Origin: Patescibacteria group bacterium
GTDB taxonomy: Bacteria > Patescibacteriota > Saccharimonadia > Saccharimonadales > UBA4665
Direction of reading: 5' to 3'
Assembly: GCA_038064375.1 (NCBI GenBank)
Contig: JBBTTF010000001.1
Span: 125,572 to 189,571, forward strand
Length of the DNA stretch: 64,000 nt
Shown: piece by piece, positions 60,751 through 64,000 of the stretch
Numbering within the stretch: the first letter of the stretch is position 1
How the letters are laid out: each line of letters starts with the position of its first letter
Position numbers and translations under genes: made by a program
The notes under the pieces: generated by a model
Seen by the model: only the letters and a program-made list of their open reading frames with translations
What the model was told of the DNA's origin: nothing
Database searches by the model: none

Positions 60751-62042
60751 GCTAAAAACTCGGCTCGCAGCCAATCATCAAGTGAGTCGCCACCACCACC
60801 GGCCATGCCAACTACCATGTCGCCATTGTCCAAGTGCTTCTGGATAGCAGACTTTAGCTCGCTGTCTCGCTCCATGGCCACAGCGATCGACGGATCATCT
60901 AGGTGCGTGATCAACTCAGAAGGCGGAATAATGCGCTGCGCAGAATCTTCACGAGCTAGGTAGCTGGGAACCCAATACAGCTTTTGGGCACCAGCAAAAC
61001 AGTCCTTGTAATCGTCCATAATATAGTGCTGACGACGGTTGGTCAGAGGCTCGTAGACAACAACTAACTTTTTGCCAGCGGCACCAGCCATCTCAGAAGC
61101 CACGCTCATAGCGCCACGAATCTTCTCAGGGGTGTGAGCATAGTCGCTGTACAGGTCAGGAATTATCTGTTCCATGCGGCGAGACAGGCTAGGGAAGCGA
61201 TTAACTGCCTCGATAAGCTCAGCCAACGACTTGCCGGTAGCGTAATGAACGGCCTGAACTGCCAACCACGCATCAAGACGGTTATATTTGCCGACTAATG
61301 TGATCTCAGAAATGTGTTGATCACCACTGTCGAGCACTGTCACACCCGAGCCTGAGCCCAACTCCAGGTAATCGTTATCCTCACCCCAGATAAAAGTATG
61401 CTTAGTCTGATCTATAAACTCACGAAAGGCCGCTTGATAGTCCTCTCTAGTCGGGAAAATCTCGTGATGATCCCAGCTGACCCCTGTTATTAAGCTCACC
61501 GAAGGCTCATAGGCCAAGAAGTTACGATCAAACTCGTCAGCCTCATATACAAAATACTTGCTAGAGGGGTCAAACTCTCCCATTTCGCCAAAGCTGGTCT
61601 TGGCCGGTAACAGATAGCTAGCTGGCTCCTCAATCTGTTTGAACAACCATGTTACGAGAGCTGTAGTGGTGGTTTTGCCGTGTGTGCCGGCGATAGCTAT
61701 CAGATGCAGACCTTTGTCAGACAGGATAAGGTTGAGTAATTCGTCTCGCTTGCTGGTTCTGATGCCTTTGTCGGCACAGTAGGCTAGCTCTGGGGCGTTT
61801 GGATCCTCTAGAGGTAAAGCTGACGTATAGACGAACCAATCAATCGGAGAGCCCTCGTGAACGGTCTCAATGGCATCTTTAGATTGACCGATGTGAATAT
61901 CGGTAATTCCGTGTTTGCGGAGGTATTCGATGTAGCTAGAGTTCTGCTTATCTGATCCCGACACCTTATAGCCAGCTTGATGAGCTATCTGGGCCAGTGG
62001 TCCGATACCGGCACCACCGATGCCTGAGAAGTAAATATGCAT
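60747..62042 (-). CDS. murC: UDP-N-acetylmuramate--L-alanine ligase (Mur ligase family; Mpl not excluded)
   Basis: The start at ATG 62042 gives MHIYFSGIGGAGIGPLAQIAHQAGYKVSGSD. The ATP-binding P-loop is IAIAGTHGKTTTTALV. The 25-codon extension in the track ORF is unlikely to be translated. Confidence 0.78.
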   Translation of the reverse strand: MHIYFSGIGGAGIGPLAQIAHQAGYKVSGSDKQNSSYIEYLRKHGITDIHIGQSKDAIETVHEGSPIDWFVYTSALPLEDPNAPELAYCADKGIRTSKRDELLNLILSDKGLHLIAIAGTHGKTTTTALVTWLFKQIEEPASYLLPAKTSFGEMGEFDPSSKYFVYEADEFDRNFLAYEPSVSLITGVSWDHHEIFPTREDYQAAFREFIDQTKHTFIWGEDNDYLELGSGSGVTVLDSGDQHISEITLVGKYNRLDAWLAVQAVHYATGKSLAELIEAVNRFPSLSRRMEQIIPDLYSDYAHTPEKIRGAMSVASEMAGAAGKKLVVVYEPLTNRRQHYIMDDYKDCFAGAQKLYWVPSYLAREDSAQRIIPPSELITHLDDPSIAVAMERDSELKSAIQKHLDNGDMVVGMAGGGGDSLDDWLRAEFLA

Positions 62043-62109
62043 GTTTATAGGGTACAGGCTGCCGAGGTTAGCGTCCAGCGCCGACATCTGGGATATAATC
62101 ATATACAAG

Positions 62110-62706
62110 ATGAACAAAAGACGCGCTCACCACTACTGGAGAAAGTTTAGATTGATCAAGCCATGGTACTTCTTGGTCATAGCTTTGATCAGTGGCGTTG
62201 TCTGCGTATTAGCCCTCAGGGCTAATAACCAACATATGATTGAACTTAGAGACACAGTCTATTCTGTCGACAAAGATGGCGGGGACGTCAACGCAGCTCT
62301 CAAAGACCTACAATCTTACGTTTCATCGCACATGAACACTGACTTGAGCGCTGGCGGCAACACTGTTTATCCGCCAATTCAGCTTAAGTACACCTATGAG
62401 CGCCTTGTAAATGCCCAAAAGAATCAGGCATCTCTGACTGGCGCGCAAATCTACAGCGCAGCTCAGGCATACTGTGAGCAGCAGAACTCGCATGATGTAT
62501 CAGGCCGCAACCGTATTCCTTGTATTTCGGAGTATGTTCAAAGCCACACTGTTCCAAAGGGTGCAACCATTCCTGATGCTCTGTATAAGTTCGCTTTTGT
62601 AGCACCACAATGGTCACCTGATCTAGCGGGATGGAGCATGATTGTCGGGGTTCTTAGCGCTGTTACGTTTGTCTTTAGCTTTGCGCTTAGTCGCCTCTTT
62701 CGATAG
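62110..62706 (+). CDS. two-TM membrane protein, unknown function
   Basis: The ATG at 62110 gives MNKRRAHHYWRKFRLIKPWYFLVIALISGVVCVLAL. A second TM helix lies at the C-terminus (MIVGVLSAVTFVFSFAL). The track ORF start at 62041 would overlap murC. Confidence 0.55.
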   Translation: MNKRRAHHYWRKFRLIKPWYFLVIALISGVVCVLALRANNQHMIELRDTVYSVDKDGGDVNAALKDLQSYVSSHMNTDLSAGGNTVYPPIQLKYTYERLVNAQKNQASLTGAQIYSAAQAYCEQQNSHDVSGRNRIPCISEYVQSHTVPKGATIPDALYKFAFVAPQWSPDLAGWSMIVGVLSAVTFVFSFALSRLFR

Positions 62707-62731
62707 AGGCAGGGACAAATCCTAGATAGCA

Positions 62732-62757
62732 AAAGACCCCTCCGAAAAGGGGTCTTT
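62732..62757. terminator. bidirectional intrinsic terminator between convergent genes
   Basis: AAAGACCCCU ccgaaa AGGGGUCUUU forms a 10-bp perfect stem with A/U runs on both sides. Confidence 0.7.
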
Positions 62758-62778
62758 GAGCGTCTTGCCAACTAAGAA

Positions 62779-63387
62779 TTAGTTGTTAGAGGTACCTGTG
62801 TTAGGTGTAGCCTTTTGAACGCTGTTACTGCTGTTGGTGCTAGAGCTGCTGCTCTGGTCTGCACACTTTTGGCCGTTGGGGTTCTGCTTCTTGAAAGTAG
62901 AGACCGCTGTTGCCACTTGACCGTTGCTCTGGAGGTTCTCCCAGAAGGTGATCTGGTCACGGTTAATGATCATCTGATCATATGGCTCGTGAAGTTCACA
63001 ACCAAGCTTGACTAGAGAAACACTGCTGCCTGCGCTAGTAGTACCAGTAGTACCGGTGCTAGCTGTCTGTAGGTAGTAGATGTTAGTCAGTACAAGGTAC
63101 TTGTTGTTAAGAGTCTTGACGTTACCGAAGTAAACTTGTCCAGTGTTCAAGAAAACTGCTTGTAGCTTAGTACTGTCGACGTACTGGTCTTCGCTCTTGC
63201 CGCTACTGCTTGCTGCTGTAGCGATTACTGCACCTATCAAAATTACGACTGCTGCGACTAGAGCTACAGTTACGATACGACCCAGTTTACCTGAGTCAGA
63301 CTTCTTCTTTTTGCCACCAGCTGCTGCTGGCGCTGGTGCACCTGCGCTTGCAGGTTGCGGTTGTACACTGCGATTAGAAAAATCCAT
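62779..63387 (-). CDS. single-pass membrane protein with Ser/Thr-rich segments, unknown function
   Basis: The ORF has a GGGAG/GAGGG Shine-Dalgarno sequence. The TM helix is IVTVALVAAVVILIGAVIA. The conserved-looking core is LQAVFLNTGQVYFGNVKTLNNKYLVLTNIYYLQ. Confidence 0.55.
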   Translation of the reverse strand: MDFSNRSVQPQPASAGAPAPAAAGGKKKKSDSGKLGRIVTVALVAAVVILIGAVIATAASSSGKSEDQYVDSTKLQAVFLNTGQVYFGNVKTLNNKYLVLTNIYYLQTASTGTTGTTSAGSSVSLVKLGCELHEPYDQMIINRDQITFWENLQSNGQVATAVSTFKKQNPNGQKCADQSSSSSTNSSNSVQKATPNTGTSNN

Positions 63388-63571
63388 TCTTCCCTCACTC
63401 CCACCTTATCTTTATTACTTTTATGGTTACCGACATAGTGTAATACAACCAGCTAGGCCAGTGCAATACCAAAATGCTCATGATTTTCTAACAGTAGTAC
63501 ACTTGTGGAAATTAGCCTTGGTCAAAGCGCTTAACACAAAGCCCCAGATAAGCACGATTTGCTCTAAGGGG

Positions 63572-63601
63572 TTGACAACAAGAAAGCCACCAGAGTATGT
63601 T
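63572..63601 (+). promoter_or_regulatory. putative promoter (TTGACA, 18 nt, TATGTT) for the 65-aa gene
   Basis: TTGACA is at 63572..63577 and TATGTT is at 63596..63601. A GAGGGAG Shine-Dalgarno sequence lies at about 63627. Confidence 0.45.
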
Positions 63602-63642
63602 AGGTAGTACATTACTAATGGTAAGAAGAGGGAGATCCAGCA

Positions 63643-63840
63643 ATGGCTTACAAGCACACTAACTCAAAGGGCGTAACCTACTACCTGAACTCAAAGGCAG
63701 TTGTACTACGCGGCGGCAAAGAACAGACAATTTACTACTTCAGCAAGGACCAACGTCCAGAAGCTACTGACCTTCCATCAGGCATGGAAGTAAACGAGAA
63801 CCCACGCAACGGTTTCCTAACCGTTAAGCGCACTAAGTAA
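63643..63840 (+). CDS. small basic protein (65 aa), unknown function
   Basis: The sequence is MAYKHTNSKGVTYYLNSKAVVLRGGKEQTIYYFSKDQRPEATDLPSGMEVNENPRNGFLTVKRTK. It has a good Shine-Dalgarno sequence and its own promoter and terminator. Confidence 0.6.
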   Translation: MAYKHTNSKGVTYYLNSKAVVLRGGKEQTIYYFSKDQRPEATDLPSGMEVNENPRNGFLTVKRTK

Positions 63841-63859
63841 TAACACTTTACTTAGGGAA

Positions 63860-63894
63860 CGCCCAGTTTCGAGAGAGACTGGGCGTTTTTGTTT
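63860..63894 (+). terminator. intrinsic terminator
   Basis: CGCCCAGU uucgagagag ACUGGGCG is followed by UUUUUGUUU. Confidence 0.75.
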
Positions 63895-63926
63895 GGTCAA
63901 AACAGAGGTGAGCTGCACGAAGGGGA

Positions 63927-63955
63927 TTGCAAAATTAGCATAAACGTGATACAAT
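63927..63955 (+). promoter_or_regulatory. putative promoter (TTGCAA, 17 nt, TACAAT) placed for a leaderless mRNA
   Basis: TTGCAA is at 63927..63932 and TACAAT is at 63950..63955. The next ATG (63962) is only 6 nt downstream of the -10 element. Confidence 0.4.
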
Positions 63956-63961
63956 ACCAGT

Positions 63962-64000
63962 ATGAGCTCTAAAATAAACCCAGCAGAACTTGAAAGCCTA
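63962..64000 (+). CDS. possible start of a CDS running off the right edge (13 codons visible)
   Basis: The sequence ATGAGCTCTAAAATAAACCCAGCAGAACTTGAAAGCCTA encodes MSSKINPAELESL and is open to the edge. It is too short to judge. Confidence 0.25.
   Translation, partial: MSSKINPAELESL

Noticed and set aside
1-64000. Search for CRISPR arrays, rRNA, tRNA, transposases, integrases, toxin-antitoxin pairs or known defence systems.
   Set aside because: I saw no regularly spaced direct repeats, no T-loop/acceptor-stem tRNA candidates in any intergenic gap, and no DDE, serine- or tyrosine-recombinase motifs. One GATTCGAACTCC string, at about 13210, lies inside a CDS. No gene pair has TA-like size and organisation.

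Overview
This 64-kb window comes from a very compact bacterial chromosome. I count about 60 CDS. Spacers are tiny, many same-strand genes overlap by 1-4 nt, and five convergent pairs share their stop codons.

The window contains the replication-origin block: recF-dnaN-dnaA (minus strand), a candidate oriC, then rpmH-rnpA-yidC-jag (plus strand). The gene content includes a Gram-positive-type T4SS, a short archaeal-type AspRS and no outer-membrane or LPS-core genes. That would fit a monoderm, reduced genome such as a Patescibacteria/Saccharibacteria-like organism, but this is inference, not something I can prove from the sequence.

The window falls into four blocks.
- **1-13.6 kb: T4SS module.** It contains a VirB6-like protein, a PrgI/VirB3-like protein, a VirB4 that appears split into two ORFs, and two large peptidoglycan hydrolases. 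No relaxase or coupling protein is visible.
- **13.6-19.9 kb: origin block.** It has perfect DnaA boxes and an AT-rich element.
- **19.9-46.7 kb: cell-surface glycan locus.** It contains ugd, gmd, rmd, manC, a PMM-like HAD protein, glmS, Wzm/Wzt, at least 7 glycosyltransferases, 2 methyltransferases, a GtrA/GT2/polytopic-membrane module, a WbaP-like initiating transferase and an O-antigen-ligase-like protein. Together these point to a GDP-D-rhamnose-based polymer exported by an ABC transporter.
- **46.7-64 kb: housekeeping and unknown genes.** The best candidate for something new is here: a compact cobalamin-riboswitch-like leader (about 47785-47969) whose terminator hairpin contains the Shine-Dalgarno sequence of an uncharacterised 526-aa Cys4 protein.

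I found no rRNA, tRNA, CRISPR array, transposase or integrase. All family calls come from motifs I recognise by eye and from gene context. Nothing was searched against a database.
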